Positions 53,701-64,000 of a DNA stretch of 64,000 bases are shown here, in pieces; positions within the stretch are counted from its first letter, which is position 1; every line of letters begins with the position of its first letter. The position numbers and the translations under genes are program-made. Source of the stretch: Phoronis australis (Eukaryota > Animalia > Phoronida); the NCBI GenBank assembly GCA_002633005.1, contig NMRA01000027.1:223265-287264 (forward strand). Reading direction: 5' to 3'. Under the pieces are notes generated by a model. It was not told the DNA's origin, ran no database searches, and was given only the letters and a program-made list of their open reading frames with translations.

Positions 53701-55354
53701 GTGTGTATGTGTAAATATAAAGCAGTGTGTATAAGTGAATATAAAACAGTGTGTATGTGTGAATATAAAAGAGTGTGAATGTGTGAATATAAAACAGTGT
53801 GAATGTGTGAATATAAAACAGTGTGAATGTGTGAATATAAAACAGTGTGTATATGTGAATATAAAACAGTATGTATGTGTGAATATAAAACAGCATGTAT
53901 GTCTAAATACAAAACAGTGTGAATATAAAACAGTGTGAATGTGTGAATATAAAACAGTGTGTATGTGTGAATATAAAACAGTGTGAATGTGTGAATATAA
54001 AACAGTGTGTATGTGTGAATATAAAACGGTGTGTATGTGTGAATATAAAACAGTGTGAATGTGTAAATATAAAACAGGATGTATGTGTGAATATAAAATT
54101 GTGTATGTGCCAGTACAAAACAATGTGTATCTACCAATACAAAACAGAGTGATTAACAATACAAATCAGTTGTATGTGTCAATATAAAACAGTATGTATG
54201 TGTGAATTCAAAACAGTGTGTATGTGTGACTACACAAAACAGTGTGTACGTGTGAATACAAAGCAGTGTGTGTCAATGTAAAAAATTAATGTGGCAAGGA
54301 ACCACGGTAAAAGGTACAATGAGAAAAGTCACTTGTTGAGCCTGATCTCAAACAACAGTGGGCTGACAGTTGTTTCCAGACCCACAAATCACACCTACTC
54401 TGACTAAGGAATAAATTTTGTAACAGTAGTCTAAATCAAAAATTAGTGTTTGTCACAGCAGCTGGGTTTATAGCTGCTTTAAACTTATTGAATTCTGAGG
54501 ATTGCTGTGAACACAAAAGATGAGTTATCGAGTACGCAAAAACACCTGAGGTCCATATAACAAAATGTAAAGGCAGTTTTGTCAACCTTTGGATGAATGC
54601 TTACACCAGATTTTCAAATAACTTTACTTTTGAACACCTATGTTCCTTCCATTTTACTCGGCTTAACACCCACCACCGAATATCACACTTTCTCAGTTTA
54701 AGCACCCTGGATGAGTATTGCCCAACAAAGTGCCTACGCTATTTCACCTGTCTGAGTCTAGCGACTTGAGAGAGAATGGTTCAGACTTGTACAACACAGT
54801 ATCAATGTTTCGGTCAAGTATTTCTCGTGTAGAACGAGTCCTCTCTAGAACCTCCATGATATCTGTATATGCCTGCGAGAGTGGACCTTGAGAAGGCTGA
54901 ATGGACACTGGACTGACCTCTTTGTGATGGTCCATCTACAATTGGACCACAATAATGGTGATAATAACGACAACTAATAACAATTGGTAAAATTGTCCAA
55001 ATATAACTAATTAGTATAATGATAAAATTATTAAATTTGATGTTACAAGTATACAATAAAACAATCAATTAAACATTTTAATTTAAAAATTATAATGAAT
55101 TTAATAATAATGACATAAATATAATAAATAATAACCATAACAAAAATACTAATTATGAGCATAATTCTAACAGGAAAAACGCCAAATATAATAAAAACAT
55201 CTGAATTATAAACATAGCAACAATATCACAACCATTATGATTATGACAATGACGACTAATGTTAACACTTATGACAATTGTTTAAACACTTACCAAGTAG
55301 TTATTCAGTGGTGCTTCTCTTGAGGCAAGAGAGATATACTGTAGTGGTTCAACT
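35786..55354 (-). CDS. KIAA0586: TALPID3 centrosomal/ciliogenesis protein, 5'-partial
   Basis: Exons 5'->3': 55354-55294 (tentative), 54935-54748, [53487-53427, 52695-52444, 52063-51913] or the duplicate set [51177-51117, 50375-50124, 49805-49655], 48019-47921, 46906-46533, 45624-45529, 44955-44771, 43481-43351, 42412-42201, 41568-41394, 41182-40882, 39440-39330 (cut by N), 38714-38454, 37493-37248, 37087-36938, 36186-35786. Phases are consistent apart from the gap. TALPID3-like motifs: YIQRVYGRP, AVPLG, LENRAAQWIEQEIMARM, QVFVDAGQPVD..LV..LVKEVL.E.I..MLG, repeated TP motifs, ISEGQ. Confidence 0.88.
38778..39328 (+). mobile_element. L1/Tx1-clade LINE reverse transcriptase fragment
   Basis: DFEKAFDSLSW..RGCRQGDPLSP..SQYADDT..SGLQVNVDKTK. 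It is frameshifted afterwards and ends at the N at 39329. Antisense within a TALPID3 intron. Confidence 0.92.
39818..40065. mobile_element. hAT-like MITE (CAGGGCTTGGAAT family)
   Basis: CAGGGCTTGGAATGACCA ... AATTCCAAGCCC. The interior TAGGCTTGTGTGATAGAAATATTT is shared with the 14327 copy. Confidence 0.7.
40479..40714. mobile_element. Small degenerate MITE
   Basis: GGGCTCATTTTATCAAAGGTC versus GACCATTGATAAAATGGGC inverted termini. Confidence 0.5.
42677..42770. repeat. ~31-bp tandem repeat x3
   Basis: Unit CATTGTCCAATTACATCACAGATACGACCAT. Confidence 0.9.
49519..54270. repeat. ~2.3-kb tandem duplication of three TALPID3 exons across an N gap
   Basis: Copy 1 is 49519-51744. The gap is 51745-51776. 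Copy 2 starts at 51777 with AATTATTTGCAATAATGGGG. The copies are highly similar, with SNPs and indels. Confidence 0.9.
51235..51744. repeat. 24-bp minisatellite, copy 1
   Basis: Unit GTGTGAATATAAAACAGTGTGTAT. Confidence 0.95.
53530..54272. repeat. 24-bp minisatellite, copy 2
   Basis: Same unit. It produces the spurious repetitive ORFs in the track. Confidence 0.95.
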
Positions 55355-56030
55355 CTAGAAAAGTAGGGTTCATAGGTCAACATTTCCAAGCTTTTAATTT
55401 GAAAACTAAACAAGTCCCCTTCACAATGTCATGCACTTGTCTTGATTTTTGAAGGTTTTCAACTTTTGTCTTGAAGTATAATCCATCAACTAAAAAGTTT
55501 ATAATTTTCATGCCCGATACATCTACCATCACACTTCCATTTTACAGGTTGCGGCTACCATGATACATGATTAGCCGTATGGAGTAAACTCAGTCCATTG
55601 ATTTCCTCTCTACACAAGATTGATTCACTACTGACTCCGTGTTGAAGACGTCAGTTTTAGACGGATCTAATACCAATGAACAAGGTCTCAACTCTTATGT
55701 CAACATGAATTTTCAAGACAGTTTGGTCCATCAAATGAAATATCTAATTGCTGAGTTGACAACAGTTAGTGATCGTTGATAATAAGGTCATCCCCTTATG
55801 ACCTTGTCTATGTTGTGAAAGTTTATACACACATACCACAAGTGTCACTGTTAGACATTTTTAATGCTGGAAAGGTAAATAAGGATTTTCATTCTCCCAC
55901 TACAGTCTTTACAAATTCTACTGTTATATAACAAAGATATTTTGATCTCCAATTAGTATTAGCGAACAAACCATAGTTTCAGATCTTCCACAACTCATTC
56001 ACGCCTATCACGTCCATATTTATTTTAAAT

Positions 56031-56720
56031 TATTACTTGGTGAAATGAAATTTCATTTCACCAAGTACGTAAAACTTTGTTGCTTATCACAAAAAATTGT
56101 TTGTTTGTTTCTTTGTTTGCACACGACAGATTACAATTCTAATCCGATCAACATGAAATTTACATACACGTGTTTCGTGAATGGCTCGAAGCCTTTTGTA
56201 TTTGGTTGAAATCGGATACAAGATGACGCTCTGGCGGCCATTTTCCCTTTTCTCTGTAGAGCCATATCTCCACTGTTTCTGGTCAGATTTTCTGACTATT
56301 TTTCTTTGGGCAGATCTCCGAAAGATCTGTCGAGAGTGTCTCATTTGCTTTTCTCTAGCTATAACCATTCTCGAGTTATTCGAGATTTTCCGAGGACTGT
56401 TCTTGAAATAATTGAGTTTTTTTGCCCGGTACTTTTTGTGTCCCTGGACGGATATGTCTGATATTTGGTATGTGGATAGATCTTTTCAAGTGCTATCAGT
56501 ACTGTGAAACACACCTCTTGCTACGACTTACCGTTTTCGTGATATTCAAGATTTACTGCTCAAGTGAGTGCTATTTATAGATCACTTTGTTAGCATTATA
56601 TATTTGTGCACACACATTTTTCATCTGATCGACATGAAATTTACGCACAATGTGAATCAAGTTTGGTATGTAAATAGATCTCATCAAGGGCTATCTAATA
56701 CGTTCAACTTGGTTTTGTCA
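56031..56720 (+). mobile_element. Helentron/DINE-1-like element with terminal palindrome
   Basis: Perfect 34-bp palindrome at 56034-56067, then a (GTTT)n tract and CCGATCAACATGAAATTT blocks (repeated at ~56625). Confidence 0.55.
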
Positions 56721-56724
56721 ACCT

Positions 56725-57403
56725 TTGAAGATACGGAGGTAAACGTAAAATAATTGCCACTAGGGGGCACACCGGTAGACCAATCTGACCGAAAGTCGCA
56801 GTCGTCTGTTGCCATCTTCATATAAATACATTTGCTAAATTTAATAAAGATCCTGTAGAGCGTTTAGGAGATACAGCCATGGGCGCAAAAACAAACAAAA
56901 CTGCCACTAGGAGGCGCCACAGTAGTCGAAGTCGTCAGAAAATCATCGTCAACTGTCTTCTTCATAGTAAGAACATATATGCCAATTTTCACAGTCATCC
57001 TTCGAGTGGTTTGGTTGTTAGAGGGGCGGACGCCAAAAAAAACGACTAGAAAATAGTAAAAATGGACACTAGATGGCGCAAAATGCCTCGAATCCATCCG
57101 AAAACCGGAGGATAGCGTCAACTTATTAATAGATGCCTAAGTGCCAAATTTCACGAAAACCGGTTGAGGGTCTTTGAAAATACAGAGGTAAACGTAAAAA
57201 ACTAAAATTGCCATTAGGGGGCACAGTGGTATTCCGGTCGGTCCGAAACTCGTCGCCCTCTGCAGTCAACCCCATAGGAACACACCTGCCAAATTTCAAT
57301 AAGATCCTGCAAGGGGTTTAGGAGATACAGCCGCGGACGCCAGACGCTCAGACATAGAGGACGGCAATATGCGACCACATATAAATATGTGGGCGCATAA
57401 AAA
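56725..57403 (-). mobile_element. Helentron/DINE-1-like element with ~150-bp internal repeats
   Basis: Terminal hairpin ATGCGACCACATAT-AA-ATATGTGGGCGCAT (57369-57398) followed by an A-run and preceded by CAGAC repeats. Four CCACTAGGGGGC-type units. A related copy lies at ~61620-62510. Confidence 0.55.
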
Positions 57404-57404
57404 C

Positions 57405-57481
57405 CACTACTACGACGACTACGACTACGACTACGACGGCGACGACTACTACTATTACTACTACTACTACTACCACTACTA
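57405..57481. repeat. (CTA/CGA)n microsatellite
   Basis: Directly visible. Confidence 0.95.
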
Positions 57482-58999
57482 GACATTTGGTGAGCATGAT
57501 GAAAATAGTTCGGAAACAGAATTTATGTGACAGGGGAGCAGAAAAAAGAAAGCCTACTGGTAACAAAAATGAGAGCTTGGCATTGCCTTTGATGTCCGAT
57601 ATTACAAAACAATGTCCTGTATTTTCGTTTGAAAATACCGTGGCGCGCGAATGTGGAGACAATCGGACCTTATGTAAGTGAGATAATGCATACTAGAGTT
57701 AACGAAAAATGCTATCTCTGCAGGACAAACAGTGCTATGACGCGCATATGTTTTGCTCTGACTATAGGTTGACGATCTTAGAGTGATACCGGTAATTACT
57801 GGTTCCCAGTGTTAAACAGCCTGATAAGACACCCACTCGTGCCTTTGTCATATAGTAAAATACTAGTCGGCCACCAGCATTTCCTTCTTAGTGATAATAC
57901 GTGATTAAGTGTGTAGATCTATGTATGTTAGAAATACATACGAGTAACAACTGTCGTCGACTTGACGCTATGCTGCTGCAATTGAGAGTAATATGATTAA
58001 TTTGTTTCGCCACGCGAGACCGATCGTACATACACGTATGAGCTCGATACGGAATATTTTTATTTGATATCTGACAAAAGTTATTTTTTTCAGTTTTTCA
58101 ATTCGACTATTTGTAGCAACAAAAATGACCGCACTCGCCGCCCCAGTGAAAAGTGATAAAATACAAAGTTTTACCCTCAAACCGATCCATGGTGGAAAAG
58201 GGAGAGTAGCGCAAGCCGCCGCCGCTGAATTTACCTCCCCCAATTGGCAACTGATGAGTTGGCTGGGCATTTCGAGTTTTGAACTGAGTGTGAATGCTAC
58301 AAATGGCATATGCCCGACTTTTTAGCCTGTTCTTAATAGAAAAGCGTAAGTTGGTGGCCCTCTGACTCATTTTTGCTAAATTGCGATCTTTCTCATTGCC
58401 ATAAACAAGCGGCGGTTGAAATTTTGCCGGGAATCCAGTTTCCTTCAGATACATGGGATTTGTAAAAATAGTGACTGGTCGGCACATATAGTTTACCGAC
58501 TTTTATCACCTGGGGAATTTCGTCATTCCGTATCCACTGTCTCTCAGCGCTCAAAGCAATCACATGGGAATAGTGGCTTTGGGGTGAAAACTGCCGATTT
58601 GGTGTATTACTTGGTGCACTGACTCGCGTACAGGGTGGAAACGTTCACTTTGGAGTCAACATTACGGTAACCAAAAGCCATGGTCTGCTGGTCAGTATGT
58701 AGTAGCCCGTAGTCGTAAAAAATGGAAAAATTCTCTTGTTTATAAAGAATCCGTTATTCTTCATCTTCCAATTTTCAACAAACGACCGAAATATCGATCC
58801 TTATGTGTTGGCGCATGTTAGTGATAAACTGAACTGTGCATCAGTGTGAAAATAACAACAACAAAAACAAAGTGCAGGTTAGTGCCAAGACACACGTTTT
58901 ATTGTTTACTGAACAAGGTTGATGTTCGAGAAGTGACCTGTGAACATCTCTATTGTTTCTGAGGAGATGATGTTGTGAGAGTCTATTACAAAGTAAGAT

Positions 59000-59241
59000 G
59001 GGAAGAAAGAGTTTGCTTAGTATGCTGTGGGAATGTATGTTCTCTCAAAGGTATGATAGTGGGAATAACGTGAAATAGACATACGTAGGGGTGGAAGGTA
59101 TGTGTGGGGAATGGCAACCAGGTTGTGTACGGTCTTGTACATGAAAGACAGTTTACTTTGAGCACGTCTTTCTTGAAGAGTGGGCCATTTGAGAGTGGTA
59201 AGGATAGACGAAACAGAGGAGTATCTGAAGTGACCATCCAT
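59000..59241 (-). mobile_element. CR1/L2-group LINE 3' fragment
   Basis: YSSVSSILTTLKWPTLQERRAQSKLSFMYKTVHNLVAIP is characteristic of the post-RT region of CR1/L2-group ORF2. Confidence 0.75.
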
Positions 59242-59421
59242 TTTATTGAATTATGAGCAAGTCCTAGGCCTAGCGTAATTTTTCATATTTTGAGAGGTGT
59301 AGCGGCAAGTTTACTCAAGTCTCAAACCAGCAAAACTTGTTGAGTTTCATCTCTAATGTAGAAGAACGCGGTCTGCTTTAATAATGATTCCTTCGTGGCG
59401 AAAACAGTCGGAATTTGTTAA

Positions 59422-60731
59422 AGGCGAAAGCAACCTTTCTTCATGTCACTTTTAGCAAAAATAAGGTTCGTTGATTATCCCAGACACATTTTTCACTTAA
59501 TTACAGCTTTTCGTAATTTGATTAATTTCTCGTCCTCTTCTCCGGAAGTGACGTTTTGGGAGGCAAGAGTTTCGCGCCAATTTCTTTTCATTATAGTCTG
59601 ACTGTGAGAGCTGTCGAGTCAATCATTGTTCTACCTCGGTTGTCATAAGTTCGGTCGTCGTTTGCTTTTGCTTACAAGTCAGTCAACATGCCACGCTGTT
59701 GCTGTGTGCCGGGATGTACCCATTATCGTCTCACACGCGCTTTGGGTACCTTGCGTCGCTCTCCGAAGAATAACACACTTCGCCGTACTTGGCTAGCTCG
59801 TTCATGTGAAGAACGCAGCGCTACCCGTCCACGCAACGTACAAAGAAGTGAAGGGTTACCGAGTGTGTGACAAACATTTTCTGCCGTCAGATTATGACAG
59901 ATATGTACGCTGAATTGATGAAGGTCCCTGCGAAACAACGCCTGAAAAAGGGTACCATCCCGTCGCTGTTGATTGCCGGCAGTGTCCCGTCGCCCACCCC
60001 GAGAAGTGCGTTTTTGAAACGAAAAGCCTCGCAAGCTGTGGCCACTATATACAGTGACTGGAGGCACTTCATCTACTGTCACCCATGCCTCCGAACGTAT
60101 CCCATTGCGTGCAATTCCAAGAACTAGCAGTGATTCGCCCTGTGCTGTTGTCTCTAGCCAACAGCCTGTAAGCAGCCCTGCAGCGATGTTGAGTAGTGTG
60201 AGTGAATACAGGCCCAGTTCGACACCCAGTGAAGAGGACAGTTCGTCATCCAATGAACAGATCGGTGAGCCTAAGTTTGATAAGTTTATTGTGGACTTGT
60301 ATTGGAGCTATTTGGAAGGTGCCGGGTGTGTGGCGAGGGAGTCACACGGCGGGATGTAATCAGTTTGGGTGCTCAGATCACCCTTCAGTGGGAGAGTGTC
60401 GGGGACACTCGGGCAAGTGGGACAGTTCTTCCTCTGTGCGTGAGACGATAATGAGTACACCCCAGTACGCAACAACAGCGTTGCATGTTGACTAACTCGT
60501 GAGCAAAAGCAAACGACGACCGAACAATGACTGACTAGACTGCTCTCATAGTCAGACTATATGTAAAGAAATTGGCGCGAAATTCATGCCTCCCAAAACG
60601 TCACTTCCGGAGTAGACGACGAGTAATTAATTAAATTAGGAAAAGCAGTAAATAAGTGAAAAAATACGTCTGGGATAATCAACGAACCTTATTTTTGCTA
60701 AAAATGACATGAAAAAAGGCTGCCTTCGCCT
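59422..60731 (+). mobile_element. Kolobok-like DNA transposon, internally deleted, with THAP pseudogene
   Basis: TTAA TSD at 59418-59421 and 60732-60735. AGG..CCT termini. ~300-bp imperfect TIRs (59422-~59735 / ~60436-60731). Frameshifted THAP from ATG 59688: MPRCCCVPGC..RRTW..RVCDKHF..LKKGTIPS, then ..ITLQWECRGHSGKWDSS. No DDE catalytic core remains. Confidence 0.85.
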
Positions 60732-63700
60732 TTAAACCTGGAAGGACGCAGTGGCCGCGCTCCCATTTGGCGCGGCATCCCAAGGCTGAACCAAGTTTGG
60801 AATAACTTCAATTATCTCGGAAAAGGCGTTAGCCAATTTTCAAGCTTTAGGAAACACGCCGACAGTTCGCAATATCACACAAAAGGTGGCACAATAGTTA
60901 AAATGCAAATCGTTTCAAGAAACTCACCGCAACCAGCTTCCGAAATACGAGGCACACTTTGGAAATTTCCTCCCCAAGTTTCACTTCAGTTGTCGACTAA
61001 CGATTTAAGTGTTTCAACGACCGAATCGATTTCTAACCGACACAAACATGAAGGGTCAATCGCGTTCATTCCCATCTCTTATCACTAAGAGAAACCTGCA
61101 GCGTTGTTCTTCGCCGATCGTGTGAAATGACATACAGGAACAGTGCCACTAAAGGGAGCAATACTAGTAAATTTAAAATTGTCACAAAACTTGGTGCTGT
61201 TATCTAGGTGATATTAACTTATTTGCACTAGGTAACGCCCCTGCAGCAGTGGAATCGTTCGAAAGCCATCGATAGCAACACGCATGTCAACTTTCATGAG
61301 AGGAGGATGTCAACTACACTCGAAAATAATAAAAATAGCTATTACATGGCGTACACCGAGTTACATCCATCCGAAAATGGAAAAGTGTTATCGCCTCCAT
61401 GAAGTGACATTAAACCCGCGCTTTCGGGAAAAAATCAACGTTGATTTAGGTCAATTACCGTTATAAAACTGATCTTGACTTGTTCTTTACTCAGTTTAGA
61501 AGTGAATAAATGATGAACTGGAAGTCCTTTCCAATCACAGAAACCACACCTTTTTGACAAATGAACATACAAATGAACAATTTGTGACAAACTTCTCAAA
61601 GGTAAGTAGCCTAAATCAAAACTTGGTTTGGCGACAGAAATGAAGCACAGCTTTAATGTTCAGTGCCGCTTTTAATATGACGCCATAAGCCAAATTTTAG
61701 GAAAATCCGTCAAGGAAGTACAAAGATACAGAGGAAAACGTAAAAAATGAACTTGGCACGGCGAACAGCAAAAGTCGCATTCGTCCGAAAGTTGTCGTCA
61801 CCCGTTACCACATTCATAGAAATACACTTGCAAGGATTTTAGGAGAGACAACATCAGACGCACAAAACACAACTGCCCCTTAGAAGCGCCACAGTAGTGG
61901 TGCCGCCTGAACGTCAACTTAGCTTCGTTCCAGCATCTAGCATGCAGTCGGCTTCGTGCAAGTCGAAAATACAGCCGAGTTCCTGATTGTATTCGCACGT
62001 GCGAGTTGATACTCGGATATTGAGATTATAAATATGTTGTCGTTGCTAAGTAACTTGCGTCATTTCTATGGCTAATCATGGGCAATAATAGATCGGAGCC
62101 GTCCAGTACCTACGGTCGGGTGTTAGTCACACTTTAATCCTGGTCGCATACATCCGAAAGCAAGAACGCATAGATGTTTCCTCAACAGCCAAATTTCATG
62201 AAAATCTACCCTAACTACGACAAACAGAGGCAAACGTAAAAACTACAATTGCTACAAGGGGCGCGCGACTGCAGTGAGGCCCGTCCGAACATTCCCCAGT
62301 GCCGTGTCATCCATGAAAGGAAAATGTCTGCAAAGTTTCACGAACATTCATAGGACAGTGGACCCCGAACAGTATGGCAGCATAATGCGCCTCCCTCAAG
62401 AAACACACAGACACATCGTGCACCCAAGCACAAACGCACACGCACGAACCCGCCACTATGATACACGCACACATATACACACACAAACTAATATGTGGAG
62501 GCACAAATCGGATACTAAACCTTGCTTTGGCCGGGTCTTTTAGTGATTTGTTGACTATTAAATCTACTGTAAAACGATGGTGGGTAACACTCCTCAACTT
62601 CCAACAGTTTGGAACAATTTTGAAAACTCTGCTTAATCGACAAGCATGACGAACGAGTTACAAATTGACTGTGGAGAAATACCGTCCACCCAAATACTAC
62701 ATGGTCCACTTAGCACATAATGCTTTCAACGCTATGGGAGGCATCAGCAGGAGACAATACCCGAGTCGCCAGATGGCGTGTCCGTCTCGTCCAAGATTCG
62801 GCTCACACAGAAATAATGATAAACAGCACGTCGTGGAAATCGACATTTCATGAAACCGCTCAAAAATGGTTCGATAATGCAGCAATTTACAGGAAGGTGG
62901 AATAGAAAAAATATCAAAATACAGAAATGTTCGCTTAGTATTGCTTTTGACGCTCGATTTTACAATATAATGCATGATTTTTTTAATGAAAATGCCGGAC
63001 CTGGTTGCATGTGGAGATAACCTGACCGGATCTATTAAGATAATGCGATAGTGTTGGATTAAGGAATTGATGGCTCATCTAAAACTGCCAAACAACATGT
63101 CCTGGAAATGGAGCACAATTTGTGAGTTCACTCAAAAATAGTTCGACAATGAAACAATAAACTAGTAATGGAATTAAGGTGAAGAGATATAGCCCAGTTA
63201 TCAAAAGCGAAAATGATCGCTTGGCATTGCATTTGACGTCCGATATTACAAGATACTGTCATGCTCTTCTCGCATGGAAATACGCACGTGCAGACAATCC
63301 GACCGGATCCAAGTAAGATAATACACGCCAGTTTTGACTTACGAAGTACACGAAGAACGCCAGCATAGGGCGAAATCACCAACAGGGTTTAGTATCCATT
63401 GAAATTGTTAAGTAATGAAGTCCTCGAAGTAAACACCATACAATCCCGATTTCGCAATAATTTCGACAGATTCAATGTCGTCGTTTTTACAAACCATCAT
63501 TTGGCAAAAGTCTACATGTTATCAAGGATTCACAGTGTTGGTGGAACTTAATTAGCGCTTTTAAGCAAACTAACATGAGAGCGCTGCGATAACATACATG
63601 TTGTTAACAGGTTCGCCATCGTGTTTACTGTAAAACGCAAACAGGATAAAAAATTGCTCTGGTACACGTACGTCTTATAACAAAAGATACACACATTACC

Positions 63701-64000
63701 ACCTGGGTTGTGAGTCATTCTCTGAACTTCTTGAACTCCAAACAACGTAACTTGGCTGGGGGGAGCAAAGGGCGGACAGACTCATAGTCTACATGATCAT
63801 TGCCCGAAGGGTACTTGACAAATCGACACAATTTAGACAATGAAGATTATGAATCACGTCCAAGGGAAATTCCCCGACATCACCATTCACCGTCGCTATC
63901 ACAATAATTATGACAACATTCTGCAGCTTTTTGACTGAACTGTGCGGCGACAAAATTTTCGTGAAAAGCCAAAACGTACCCCGTTCAATTGCTTTACGAA

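Noticed and set aside
51248-54159. Repetitive ORFs (VNIKQCVC, LYSHIHTV, FIFTHTHC) as Cys/His-rich proteins
   Set aside because: Translations of a 24-bp intronic minisatellite open in several frames.
57214-57662. Ser/Arg-rich and poly-Val ORFs
   Set aside because: Products of the (CTA/CGA)n microsatellite.
63700-63756. Candidate further upstream TALPID3 exon on the minus strand
   Set aside because: Weak splice signals, no recognisable similarity, and one of the possible joins creates a stop codon.

Overview
AT-rich animal genomic DNA with spliceosomal introns, probably from a marine invertebrate; the taxon cannot be fixed from the sequence. I reconstructed five protein-coding genes by hand from GT-AG sites and phase continuity. 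(1) A two-exon, ~1199-aa gene (+, 4111-8356) fusing a stonustoxin/verrucotoxin-like MACPF-type N-terminus, a Cys/His cluster, a septin/AIG1-like P-loop GTPase, coiled coils and a second Cys/His cluster; its diagnostic first exon is missing from the long ORF in the track. (2) TOMM20 (+). (3) DNAL1 (-). (4) MRPS10 (+), head-to-head with DNAL1 with only 110 bp between the ATGs. (5) The 3' part of KIAA0586/TALPID3 (-), whose start lies beyond the last exon I could trace. The rest is rich in mobile DNA: a THAP-encoding Kolobok-like element with TTAA TSD and ~300-bp TIRs, a second THAP relic absent from the ORF track, several MITE families, Helentron/DINE-1-like repeats with CTCF-consensus motifs, LINE fragments and minisatellites. 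Two tandem duplications abut N gaps and are probably uncollapsed haplotypes. The best candidate for a new system is the MACPF-like/GTPase fusion gene. All family calls come from motif recall, not database searches.
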